Positions 1-9,623 of a stretch of 64,000 nucleotides of DNA are shown here, in pieces. Both the position numbers and the translations under genes were made by a program. The stretch's first letter is position 1; the number at the start of each line of letters is the position of its first letter. Source of the DNA: Candidatus Poribacteria bacterium (GTDB lineage Bacteria > Poribacteria > WGA-4E > JAJDTR01). The stretch lies in NCBI GenBank assembly GCA_965222225.1, contig CBDCTK010000002.1, positions 3,232,001-3,296,000 on the forward strand. Reading direction: 5' to 3'. The notes under the pieces are model-generated. The model did not search any database, had not been told where the DNA came from, and was given only the letters and a program-made list of their open reading frames with translations.

Positions 1-25
1 CGCTCATTATTCATTTGCTTATGAT

Positions 26-42
26 CGCAGTGCGCACCCTAC
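26..42 (-). repeat. GTAG-type REP-like element (partial)
   Basis: CGCAGTGCGCACCCTAC (reverse complement GTAGGGTGCGCACTGCG); the same 17-mer occurs at 62768-62784. Confidence 0.55.
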
Positions 43-145
43 GAATGTACAGATCCAAGCTAACTGCGTAAATCCTATAAGTGAAATTCTTAATTGAAAT
101 GGCCATAACCACGAACCACCAGTCACTGACCACTGTCTTTTCGAG

Positions 146-1417
146 CTACAGTTGAGCGCGTTTTACACCGTGCGTGAGCCTTCCGGTGGTGCCGTAAAAC
201 GGATCGTCCTTATCCAAGGGCAGCGTCACCGGCTGGCGCTCCTCGGCAGATTTGTATATCGCTCGCACTACCTCCACATGGTGGCGCGGCACATCGATCG
301 GCACGAGCGGCTCCGTGTTATCAGCAATGCTTTCCAAGAAGAGTCGGCTCTGATAGGCTTCGGTCGCGGTTTCCGGGACACCCTCCACCTCCGACCTTAG
401 GTTTTCCAACGCCTCTACCACAGCCGGATTGTCGCTCGATCCGAACGTGGTCTCTGCCCGCCAATAGTTGCTCCTCCCCAATCCCGTGTTATGCGGAGGA
501 GAGTAATAGGCTTCACCAACCAACATAGAGGCGTCGTAACCCAATACTTCGATGCGCCCTTCCGGTGTCAGCGGCTGTTTGTGGTTTAGCAGAGACGCAT
601 GGATGCTGCCGGTTGCGCCGTTGTCGAACTTGACGACTGCCTGACTTAGGCTCTCGTGTTCAATCTCGCGCAGCGTAGGTCCCGAATAAGCAAAGATTTC
701 CACGATTCGCGAACCGAGTACCCACAAGAACGGATCGATAATGTATCGGCCGTGATGGAACGAGGCTCCGCCTCCCTCACCATCCCATGTGCCGTGCCAG
801 CGCTTGTAGTATCGTTGTGGACGATACCAGTTCAGTTCTACGCGAGCGCTGCCGATTTTGCCGAGTTTCCCGCTTTCCGCAACTTTACGCGCCAGAACCA
901 TCCCCCGCGGGTAGCGAGCGCCGCACTGGGAATGAAATTTGACTCCCGTTTTCCGAATGGCTGCTGTCATGGCATCAGCCTGCGCCACGCTGCACGCCAT
1001 AGGGCCCTGAGTGAAGACATGGCGCCCCGTTTCAGCCGCGGCAACCGTCGGTTCCTGCCGTATCGGGGGCGGCGTGAGCAGCACTATTGCCTGCACGTCA
1101 CTATCCTTGAGCAACTCTTCATGAGTGCGATACTTCCGAATCTTTGTCCTAGCGGCGGTTTCAGCCGCTTCCACCATTTGTTGCCGACGCTCGCGTTCCT
1201 CAGGGGTGCGCGCCTCCGAAAGCATCATTCGCGCACGATGGGCTTCCATGGCATACCCCTCGCTGAGCGTAGTTCGCTTCCTTTCAGCCAGTTCATCTAC
1301 GAAATCTGCGACCGCTACCACCTGCGCGATGTCTACCAGACTTGCATAGATGTCCGCGTACAGCCGCGAGATTCCTCCGCATCCGACAAACCCGACGCGA
1401 ATTCGTTCATCTGTCAT
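146..1417 (-). CDS. Gfo/Idh/MocA family oxidoreductase
   Basis: N-terminal Rossmann motif RVGFVGCGGIS, GGGA..HHG.Y..D segment; usual EKP motif reads QGP. Confidence 0.85.
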   Translation of the reverse strand: MTDERIRVGFVGCGGISRLYADIYASLVDIAQVVAVADFVDELAERKRTTLSEGYAMEAHRARMMLSEARTPEERERRQQMVEAAETAARTKIRKYRTHEELLKDSDVQAIVLLTPPPIRQEPTVAAAETGRHVFTQGPMACSVAQADAMTAAIRKTGVKFHSQCGARYPRGMVLARKVAESGKLGKIGSARVELNWYRPQRYYKRWHGTWDGEGGGASFHHGRYIIDPFLWVLGSRIVEIFAYSGPTLREIEHESLSQAVVKFDNGATGSIHASLLNHKQPLTPEGRIEVLGYDASMLVGEAYYSPPHNTGLGRSNYWRAETTFGSSDNPAVVEALENLRSEVEGVPETATEAYQSRLFLESIADNTEPLVPIDVPRHHVEVVRAIYKSAEERQPVTLPLDKDDPFYGTTGRLTHGVKRAQL

Positions 1418-1482
1418 ATCGATTTCTCCTATTTTCCGGTAAAAGTAACGGGCAATGAATGGGATAAGATGGGATTTTCAAA

Positions 1483-1735
1483 ATGTATAGCAACGCCGAT
1501 CGCATGCACACTAAAGTCCCAGCGGGGCGACACTTGGATAGCGACCAAATCAAAAATATCAGCTGTGTGGTTGTTGTAGCATTTTCTGTTGAATTCTGAG
1601 GAGTTCGGATTGCCTATCATTCATAATTTTTCCTTGTTTGAACGATGCATTGAGACACGATCCACCTGTCGCCCCTCCGGGGCTTGGGGATGAGAACATT
1701 CGCTGTTTCTATACACCTGTCGCGCCGCTGGCGCT
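1483..1735. repeat. Inverted pair of short palindromic repeats (CTATACACCTGTCGCCCCGCTGGGGCT family)
   Basis: 1515-1541 AGTCCCAGCGGGGCGACAC faces 1663-1735 (two units); related doublets at 33072-33146 and 62677-62753. Confidence 0.6.
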
Positions 1736-1828
1736 GTACGGTGCGAAACCTATAAAGCCAACAACATCTGCATGGTTACTTTCATCCTGAGGAGATCGAA
1801 GGATTTTAGATGCGATTGCCCTGCTGCT

Positions 1829-3760
1829 CTACGGGAATAATGTATACATATTCTTGCTAAGGATCACGGCAATTAGGCTCCACAGACTGCCAGCGAGAAA
1901 TTGACCGAAGATTAAGCCGAGGAAGAAGGGCAATGCGCGGCGATAGGATTTGACCCCGCCGCCGGCAAACAACAGCTGCTTGAACAACCAACCGAGAAAG
2001 ATAGAAAACCACAACCAACCCATCGCCCAACCGTCACCCACTGCGTATCCCACGGGGTAAAAGGGCCACCACAGGAATCCTTTTTTGAGTATGGTCAGGA
2101 TAATCGTAAATACAAACCCGAAGGTCATGTGCTGAATTGAAGCGATGTCCGTCGTTTGGGGAAATGCAATCCAGTTTTGAAGACGCCCAAACTCGCCGAC
2201 ACCCCAGCGTTGAAACTGATACTTGTGGTAAATGGCGACATGCGCGCCGATTGACATGATCGCGCCAACGATTGACGCCACAATCATTGCCACAACCAGG
2301 CGATTCTCACTCAATTTGAAGGACGATCCAATTTTGAATCCTTCTAACTGATGGGGCATCGGATGAGAACGATAGCCGTACGCCAACCACGACAAAAGTG
2401 TGGTGTTCGTCAAATTCGCGGCGCCGAGAGGCCTCGTCCCCATGAACCATACCATCATCTGATCCGGATGCGCGCCGTGCAACTCGTGCGTTGGGGGCCC
2501 GAGTTCCGCTCGCATTCGCGTGATTGCGGTGCAGAGCACATAATAGATAACGAAGTAGCTAATCACCACCCAAGGTGACAGACCGGCAAGAAGCCAGAAG
2601 ACCACGACGAATGTTATTCCTAGAACCAGACCGACCACGGCAAACGGGTATAAGGGGTCGGCGTCCCTGTTGGTAAACATCCCGCGTAAACCGCGCATGA
2701 TATGCCGTCTGCTCGTCCAAACAGCCATAACTCCGATGCCAATCCAAGCGCCTGCCCGTTGTTGTGTCTGCATAGCTGAGGCGGTCGTCCAACCCGTCGC
2801 GTTGAAAAAGACATCTTGCGCCTGCCAAAACAGAAAGAAGAGCCATAACGACAACGACAAATCCAGGGGCATCAGATACCCGAATCCAATAGCGAAGGGG
2901 TAGACGTAAACTGGCAACACCCCCACTCCGCCCCAACCGATGGTGTTCCACGGTTTCTCGGTAAACTGAATAATATACTTCGCTTTCAGAGCAGGAACAA
3001 TGGGATAGAGAAAATTGAAGCCGGCAAGGATCTCTAGCGTAAAAGCAAGCCCAAAACTAATCCAGATAAATTTGTTGGAGAACAGTCTTGACGTGTTGCC
3101 GATGACTTCAACGGGCATCACCGTCAGCGGATAACTCAGTTTTTCATGCTCTATCCACTGCTTCCTGATGATTATGTTCATGCAGAGCATCACGAAAAGC
3201 AGCACTATTACGAGCGCGGTCCACGCTAGCACTGGCGTCAGCCACGCATTGAGATAATCGGCAGTCCAAAAACTCTCAAACGCGCTCTTGTCGCCCTCGA
3301 AATAACCTTGCAAGATACGTCGATTCTCGACGGCAAGCCATGTTGGAATGAATCGAAAAAAAAGATCTTCCCACTCATTCTCCGGAGTTGCGTACCAGAA
3401 GGGATTCGCCATCAACGGTACCAACTGCCGGATGATGTCGTGCCCGGCAAGCGCCGTCGCAACGGAAACCATGATGTAGGTCATCGCTAGTTCGGCTTCG
3501 CTCAGCGCCAGACCTTTGAAAAAGCGCTTTAACAGCAGATTGACGCCCGCCAAACTGAATAGCGTAAAAAGCACCGTGGGAAAGATGGAAAAGTCCGTTA
3601 GCTCATAGACAACTCGATTCTCTGCGGATATAATCCAGTAACAGTTGAGGATGATTAGGATAGATCCGAAAATAAGCGTCCGGACGATGAAGCGGCCCGT
3701 TGTGCTCGTATCCGCATGAGTTAAAGTGTCTTTTCCCTGTCTCATAGTATCTATTTGCAA
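1829..3760 (-). CDS. Multi-pass membrane protein, DUF6785/DUF6784-like putative transporter
   Basis: Many TM helices; motifs RKQWIEHEKLSYPL, TRMRAELGPPTHE, WWPFYPVGYA, RRALPFFLGLIFG. Confidence 0.75.
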   Translation of the reverse strand: MQIDTMRQGKDTLTHADTSTTGRFIVRTLIFGSILIILNCYWIISAENRVVYELTDFSIFPTVLFTLFSLAGVNLLLKRFFKGLALSEAELAMTYIMVSVATALAGHDIIRQLVPLMANPFWYATPENEWEDLFFRFIPTWLAVENRRILQGYFEGDKSAFESFWTADYLNAWLTPVLAWTALVIVLLFVMLCMNIIIRKQWIEHEKLSYPLTVMPVEVIGNTSRLFSNKFIWISFGLAFTLEILAGFNFLYPIVPALKAKYIIQFTEKPWNTIGWGGVGVLPVYVYPFAIGFGYLMPLDLSLSLWLFFLFWQAQDVFFNATGWTTASAMQTQQRAGAWIGIGVMAVWTSRRHIMRGLRGMFTNRDADPLYPFAVVGLVLGITFVVVFWLLAGLSPWVVISYFVIYYVLCTAITRMRAELGPPTHELHGAHPDQMMVWFMGTRPLGAANLTNTTLLSWLAYGYRSHPMPHQLEGFKIGSSFKLSENRLVVAMIVASIVGAIMSIGAHVAIYHKYQFQRWGVGEFGRLQNWIAFPQTTDIASIQHMTFGFVFTIILTILKKGFLWWPFYPVGYAVGDGWAMGWLWFSIFLGWLFKQLLFAGGGVKSYRRALPFFLGLIFGQFLAGSLWSLIAVILSKNMYTLFP

Positions 3761-3876
3761 GCGTTGAGGGCAGTGTCAGTGATTTCGATCCGAGGTGTTT
3801 ATGGCAGGCAGATGAGGGGAGTTGCAAGCACAAGCAGCTTGTAAACACTCCACTGACCACTAATCACTCTGCAGTA

Positions 3877-5460
3877 TTACTGATCATTACCCATTCTCTC
3901 GGACCAATCACGCCATGCACTTGCCATCTGATCCATGATCTCTGGATGCTTCCGCCCCAAGTCCTTCGATTCTGTGCGGTCTGTTTCGAGGTCGTAGAGC
4001 TCCCAATTTCTCATGTCCCCGAGATTGCCGCGTCCAATGCTTTTCCAGTTTCCGTGCCGTACCGCTCTGTTGCCGCGGTGCTCCCAGAACAGCCAGTCAT
4101 GCCCTTCTCGATGATTGCCTTGGAGAATGGGTATGAGGCACTTTCCCGCACAGGGAGTGAGTTCTCGTCCGTTGTACTCCCTAGAATACTCAATGCCAGC
4201 TGCCTCGCAGAGCGTGGGTAGGATGTCCATTGCGTGTCCAAATTCGTGGGTAATGGCTCCCCCGCCACTGGTGACACCGGGCCAACGAACGACAAGCGGT
4301 GAGGCGATACCGCCTTCGTACAAACTGCCCTTGAAACCGCGCAACGGGGTGTTGTGCAGAGAACCCCACCCGGGTCCAGGCGAGCAGTAGGTGCCAATTC
4401 CGCCGGGGATAATATCCGGTCTATCGCGTTCCTCATTCTCGTACCCATCGCCGCCGTTATCCGACAAAAAGAGGACAATGGTATTCCGGTCCGCGCCGCA
4501 ATCCCCGAGAGCCTGTAGAATGCGTCCAATCCCCTGATCCATGCAGTCAATCATGCCCGCGTAGATCGTCATGCGTAAATCCTGCCACTCCTTATGTTCC
4601 TCGTTAGCCCATGAAGGAAGATTCGGAACACGATCCGGCAACCGAATTTCCGGGTTCAACAATCCCATGCTGAGTTGCCGTTCGTAGCGATTCCTTCGCA
4701 GTTCCTCCCATCCCGCCATGAATTTTCCGCGATACTTTTCGACATCTTCCCGTTTTGCTTGGAGCGGGCTATGCGGCGTCAAATGGGCAACGTAGGCGAA
4801 AAACGGATCTCCCTGTTTGCTGAAACGCTTGATTGTTTCAACCGCATGATCGTTAATCGCATCGGTGAGATAATAATCCTCGGGAAACTCTGACACAACT
4901 TCCTCATTGTGCATAACCGGAGGTCGAAAGCCTACGAATTTAAGATCGCGCAACGCCGGATTGAAATAGTTCGATGGAATATCGGCAAAGCCGTAATACT
5001 CGTCAAAACCCCAGTCTAACGGACTGCCCTGCACCGGCACATTCCATTTTCCGCTGATGGCGGTACGATAACCCGCCGAACGCAGGAGTTGCGCGACAGT
5101 GACTAGATTCGGAGATAATCGAGTGTTTCGCTCATCCACGTAACAATATAACCCGGTCATTAGCGAGGCGCGAGAGGGAACGCAGACCGGATTAACGCAG
5201 AACTGGCTGAAACGCAAACCTTCGGCAGCCAGCCGATCCAGGTGCGGCGTTTCGATTTCGCCCCCGTAACAGCCCGCATCCGACCAGCCCATGTCGTCCG
5301 CCATAATCAGAACGATGTTCGGCTTATCCGTCTCTGCCGCAGCCCCGTTCTTTCCTCCATTGGAAGCGGCATTAACGGCAAATGGTGCGAACGCCGATGC
5401 CGTAGCTGCACCCCCGGCCAGCCTTAGCAATTCTCGTCGAGTCAGTTTATTCCCCGCCAT
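3877..5460 (-). CDS. Arylsulfatase (Cys-type) with Tat signal peptide
   Basis: LTRRELL twin-arginine leader, PNIVLIMADDMG, CVPSRASLMTG (CxPxR), SDNG, KGSLYEGG; ATG at 5460 chosen as start. Confidence 0.9.
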   Translation of the reverse strand: MAGNKLTRRELLRLAGGAATASAFAPFAVNAASNGGKNGAAAETDKPNIVLIMADDMGWSDAGCYGGEIETPHLDRLAAEGLRFSQFCVNPVCVPSRASLMTGLYCYVDERNTRLSPNLVTVAQLLRSAGYRTAISGKWNVPVQGSPLDWGFDEYYGFADIPSNYFNPALRDLKFVGFRPPVMHNEEVVSEFPEDYYLTDAINDHAVETIKRFSKQGDPFFAYVAHLTPHSPLQAKREDVEKYRGKFMAGWEELRRNRYERQLSMGLLNPEIRLPDRVPNLPSWANEEHKEWQDLRMTIYAGMIDCMDQGIGRILQALGDCGADRNTIVLFLSDNGGDGYENEERDRPDIIPGGIGTYCSPGPGWGSLHNTPLRGFKGSLYEGGIASPLVVRWPGVTSGGGAITHEFGHAMDILPTLCEAAGIEYSREYNGRELTPCAGKCLIPILQGNHREGHDWLFWEHRGNRAVRHGNWKSIGRGNLGDMRNWELYDLETDRTESKDLGRKHPEIMDQMASAWRDWSERMGNDQ

Positions 5461-5550
5461 TCTATTCTCGCCCATTTCCTCACATTGAGATCCTGTTTGA
5501 AAACTAGATGGAAAAGTCATTTAGGGCATTTGGAGTGATAGTACCTGCGA

Positions 5551-5698
5551 GAGTTCTATCGATCAACCGAGTGAATAGCGAGGGCGATAGCAAATCCTGC
5601 TCATTTGATCTATTCGCTCGGTTGAGGGATCTCTATCGGAATTTGCTATCGCGTTCCCTATTCGGTCACTTGATCCCTCCTTATTCAGTCGGTTGATC
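5551..5698. mobile_element. Nested cluster of about 5 copies/fragments of the 37-nt GATCAA...TCCC element
   Basis: Forward copy 5561-5598; reverse copy 5638-5675 inside a split reverse copy (5676-5698 + 5626-5637); fragments 5599-5610, 5611-5625, 5551-5560. Confidence 0.75.
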
Positions 5699-7559
5699 CC
5701 ACGGTATCGACAAAGCTTGTATACCCGGGCCCACCGGCGCCCACATAGCCATGACTCGCGCCGGATTCGTCCGGGCTTACCCAAAACGAATAGAGCTCCC
5801 CCAGCCTCAGATGAAAGCGAAATTTAACGGGTTCACCCGCCACGCTTGATAGGTCGGCTCCGCCTTTCCACTCCACCCGATGCGATGTTCTGTTGGCCGT
5901 GAGAGGCACACAGTTATCCACTGTGAACGGCTCAACGACGTTGCCATCCTCATCAAGTACCTCCACCCGCAGTTCACCTTGATCGCAGTCCGTGTTCGCA
6001 AACAAGTACTTACCGGAAAACTTGAGCGGCCTTGTCGTCAGTGTACCGGTGTTCCGGACCGAGCCCATAGAGGCGAACCCGTCGCGCCTCAAGAACGCAA
6101 GCCCCGTATTCACGAACCCGTCCCATAGCTTTCCCTTTTCCGGGAGGTTGCGCCCCGTGAAATACAGGTACAATTTATCTCCGACAACCAGACACGCACC
6201 GCTTGCCGACTGTACATTTCCCCAGTTCCATGCGCCGGGGCTTTCCGTTGCCTCAAAAAAAGGCCGGCGATCCGGGCGGTCGTAATGGAACCCGTCCCTG
6301 CTGTAACCGAGCAGCACCTCGTTCCGCTTCGGTATGTGTTTTACGTGGCACACGTCGTTATCCGGCCCCTGCCAAATCGAAAAGTACCCAAGCATTAAAC
6401 TCTCATAGGCGACCGTGTCGAAATGATACAACTGCGGCAATATTTCTGCACTATCCGGGTTCGGGTTGCGAGGATCGAGCCGGTCCGCACCCAGCCACGG
6501 AACCACCTCACCACCAGGTCTAACCTCTGCCAATTTCACGGCTTCGACAGGGGTATCCCCCTCAACGTACGCACGCGCCCGACCGGTCTCTCGTCCACTG
6601 CGTATGTTAATAATCCACTTGTCCCGGAAGGGGTTGTAGTGCGCGTTCGTGTGGTCCCCGACCACCCCTGCTGAGCTGGCTATCGGCTCAGACCAGTGTA
6701 TGCCATCGGCTGAAGTCCTGTAGGCAACAGCGGAGTCTTCACCGAGGCGCTCAGGTAAGCCTATATGCCACGTTGTGTAGAAAATCTTGTATCGGGCTAA
6801 CCGGTCGCTGGTGTCGTAGTCAATCCAAACGCTTGTGGTATCAATCGGTCGTATGTGCTTCTTTTCTGGCCACTGCGGCGGTATCGGCGGCAACTCCACC
6901 CCGTGGTCAATCACGATGTTCGTTCCCGGCAGCACGTCCTGCTCGGTCTTCTCCCAGTGAACCCCATCCTTGGACGTTGCGTAACAACTGTACTTGATGT
7001 AACCGCCGACGTACCACATCTTGAATAGCTCGTCCTTCGGGTCGTACCAGACGCCGCCGCTGAAGGGACCGGCAAAGGGCGCGGGCCCATGATGTTCCCA
7101 CTCCCTGTCCGGCTTGATGATCGGGTTTCCCTCGTAGTAGGTTGGCTGGTGGAACGTGCGTTGCAGCGTGGTCTCCTCAATCAAGAAATCGTCCACGAAT
7201 AGTTGTCTTCCAACGTCAATGTTGATAACCTCGGGCGGATTTTCGAGATACGGGACAGGCATCGGATCCCGCGTCCATCCGCCGTAATCCGGCGGCCATT
7301 TCTCAGGCAGAACGATACCGTTGTAAAGTTCCTCGCCTGTGTCGTTCTGCTTGTCCTTCATTCTTACCTCCGATTGTCCTTCTCGCCCGGAATCTTGGTC
7401 GGTTTCCGTGACCGCAGCGAGCACTATGTGAGGACCAGATTTGCTGGAAATGTATTCTGTCGACGAACCTGATGGGGCGTTCCCGATCGCCATGGTATTC
7501 ACGAGCCAAACGCCCACAAAAGCTACCCCAAGGATTCCGTAGATTTTAATCGTTCCCAT
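5685..7559 (-). CDS. Secreted glycoside hydrolase-like beta-propeller protein (GH32/GH43-clan-like)
   Basis: Signal-like N-terminus, RQLFVDDFLIE, Asp-box-like SKDGVHW/SADGIHW/SRDGFHY, C-terminal LRRDGFAS...RFHLRLGELYSFW. Confidence 0.7.
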   Translation of the reverse strand: MGTIKIYGILGVAFVGVWLVNTMAIGNAPSGSSTEYISSKSGPHIVLAAVTETDQDSGREGQSEVRMKDKQNDTGEELYNGIVLPEKWPPDYGGWTRDPMPVPYLENPPEVINIDVGRQLFVDDFLIEETTLQRTFHQPTYYEGNPIIKPDREWEHHGPAPFAGPFSGGVWYDPKDELFKMWYVGGYIKYSCYATSKDGVHWEKTEQDVLPGTNIVIDHGVELPPIPPQWPEKKHIRPIDTTSVWIDYDTSDRLARYKIFYTTWHIGLPERLGEDSAVAYRTSADGIHWSEPIASSAGVVGDHTNAHYNPFRDKWIINIRSGRETGRARAYVEGDTPVEAVKLAEVRPGGEVVPWLGADRLDPRNPNPDSAEILPQLYHFDTVAYESLMLGYFSIWQGPDNDVCHVKHIPKRNEVLLGYSRDGFHYDRPDRRPFFEATESPGAWNWGNVQSASGACLVVGDKLYLYFTGRNLPEKGKLWDGFVNTGLAFLRRDGFASMGSVRNTGTLTTRPLKFSGKYLFANTDCDQGELRVEVLDEDGNVVEPFTVDNCVPLTANRTSHRVEWKGGADLSSVAGEPVKFRFHLRLGELYSFWVSPDESGASHGYVGAGGPGYTSFVDTVGSTD

Positions 7560-7593
7560 ATAGCAATCTTCTTTTCTGTTTGCTTCACTTATT

Positions 7594-9085
7594 TCAGTTG
7601 CAACTAAACGAATACAATTTCGCGTTCTGCAACTCAAACCTTAATCGAACGTCCGTGCCTCTCGCGGCAGTCGGATCCCATCCTGCCCTCCACGTTACTT
7701 TGCCATCGGTGACGCTATTGTGGATGAGTTCGCCCTCGACGATTGGCGCTCCCTGCTCTCCAACAACCGCAGCACGGACAGACCCGCCTTCCTGCACATC
7801 TGCTGTAATCCGGAGCGACGCGAAATAACTCGTTACCAGTCTGGTCGTAATGACGGCGGGTATACCCGACGATATCTGTTCGTAACCGGCAAAACCGTCG
7901 GGACGCAACGTCGCCAAACAGAAAGAGCCGACCCGCCAACCGGAATGCGGGCCGTCGCTGGCACCGTAGTACAGACGAATCTCTTCATCCAAAAAGACGG
8001 GATTTGCAGCGGCGTACACGCACCCCCAATCGTAATCGGCTCGCTCGCTGCCTTGTGGAATTAGTGGCGAACCGGGGCATACCCGATGCCACCGAATCGT
8101 ATCCGGGCTCCAAGCCAACTCCGTATGCGTTCGATCGGTTTCCGTATTGTAGATCGCCGGTAATCCGAGATAAATCCCCTGATACCGAAACACCGGCATA
8201 CATATAGATTTGCAGATGGGGCATCTCTCCTTCAAACGCCTGCTCGACCTGCTTCCACTTGAGGAAATCCTTGCTGGCGACCCGTCCTACGGCGCGCACT
8301 CCCTGTTCCTGTCCGTTCACCGTAACCTTGGTTTCGCTGCTTATTCGGGTAAAACCGACATACTCGCCAAGTTCTGGAGACCAAAGAGCGTTGTTGGCGC
8401 TGTCCCATGCAATACCCGCTTCGGGGCATGGAATCTGTTGACTCCAGCGCACGCCATCGGCGGAGAACGCCACCGCCAACATTTGGTGCCCTGTGGTGTG
8501 GCCAATCATGAACGCCTTGTAGCGCCGAGCGGGATCCGGATCGTGCAAATCTTTGAACACGCTCGCACCATGGGGTCCGCGTACGGCAATATTATTTTCG
8601 CTGTTCCCGAGAAATTCAACAACTCCCAGCCTCGGCTTTTCCCAACGCAGACCGTCCTCGGAAACGGCATAGCAGATACCCTCATCCCTGTCCTCCGGGG
8701 ATCTGTAGAGAGTTTCTTCCCGCTCTTCAAGCGTCATGCCCTTTGCGGAGTTGTCGATGATGAACGGCATGTACCAGCACTTGTACAACTGTTCCTCTTC
8801 GTCATAAATGACCCTTGCGTAGAGGTTGTCATAGCGTTTCTCCCACGGCTCGTCTTCACCAAAAAGAGGATTGGAGGCGTGTTTCTCCACCACCCCGAGA
8901 GTCAATTGTGCATTTTGAGTGTTCGCAACAACACGCGAATCAAGCAGAAGGTATCTTTCTTTTTTCACGTCTTCATCCTTCTTTCCGTGGGCGCTGTTCG
9001 TCGAGAGACTATAGATTGCCATGGTGAGAATGACTGTCGCTGCCACCACCGTTTTACCATCGAACCTTGTGCGCCGTGCCTTCAT
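7594..9085 (-). pseudogene. Glycoside hydrolase-like beta-propeller gene, frameshifted copy
   Basis: ORFs 7985..9103 and 7594..8235 together match intact paralog 12363..13862; one extra base near 8200-8205 (ATCTATATGTATG vs ATCTATTGCATG on the coding strand). Confidence 0.85.
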
Positions 9086-9411
9086 GATAACATCCCACAA
9101 CAATATCCACTAGACTTGTGCTTTTAACAGGTTACTCCAAACAGATGCCAATGACGGTGCCGCCGGCAACAAGTTGATGCGTCTCGGTAACAGGCAGGTC
9201 GCGAATTACGGCGTTTCCAGACGGTAGGGCTTGAGGAAGAGCGGTAAATCAATCCGGTGCAAGTCCGGCAAAAATCGGATTCTTCACGCACATCCCTAAA
9301 CTATAGTTTAACCTTACTTAAATAATACGTCAACACAAAGAATCACTTGCGAAAAGTGTTATCATCAACGAGACTCCCTACTTGCAGGGGCATAGCCACG
9401 ACCGCTTTTTC

Positions 9412-9440
9412 TCGACACAATTCGTTGAGCGTGTTACAAT
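9412..9440 (+). promoter_or_regulatory. Putative sigma70 promoter for the FG-GAP gene
   Basis: TCGACA-17 nt-TACAAT; the duplicate copy has TGGACA-17-TACAAT near 14189-14217. Confidence 0.5.
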
Positions 9441-9623
9441 GAAAGCTATTCGGTGGAGATTGTTTTCACACGCTATAAACCGGAGTTTTTTCTTGAGACT
9501 CGGTTGCTGTCGCTTTATTAGCGACAGGGCAGTTCCATGTGTTGCAATCCTTATAAATTGAAACTCGGATGTTCCGTAAAAAACATCCCTATCAAAAAAC
9601 TCTATCGCGAAGGAGCGTTGTCA

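Noticed and set aside
9140-9292. Short minus-strand frame MCVKNPIFAGLAPD*FTALPQ...GICLE present in both duplicate units
   Set aside because: It has an internal TGA, no recognisable family and mixed synonymous/non-synonymous differences; conservation is explained by the duplication.
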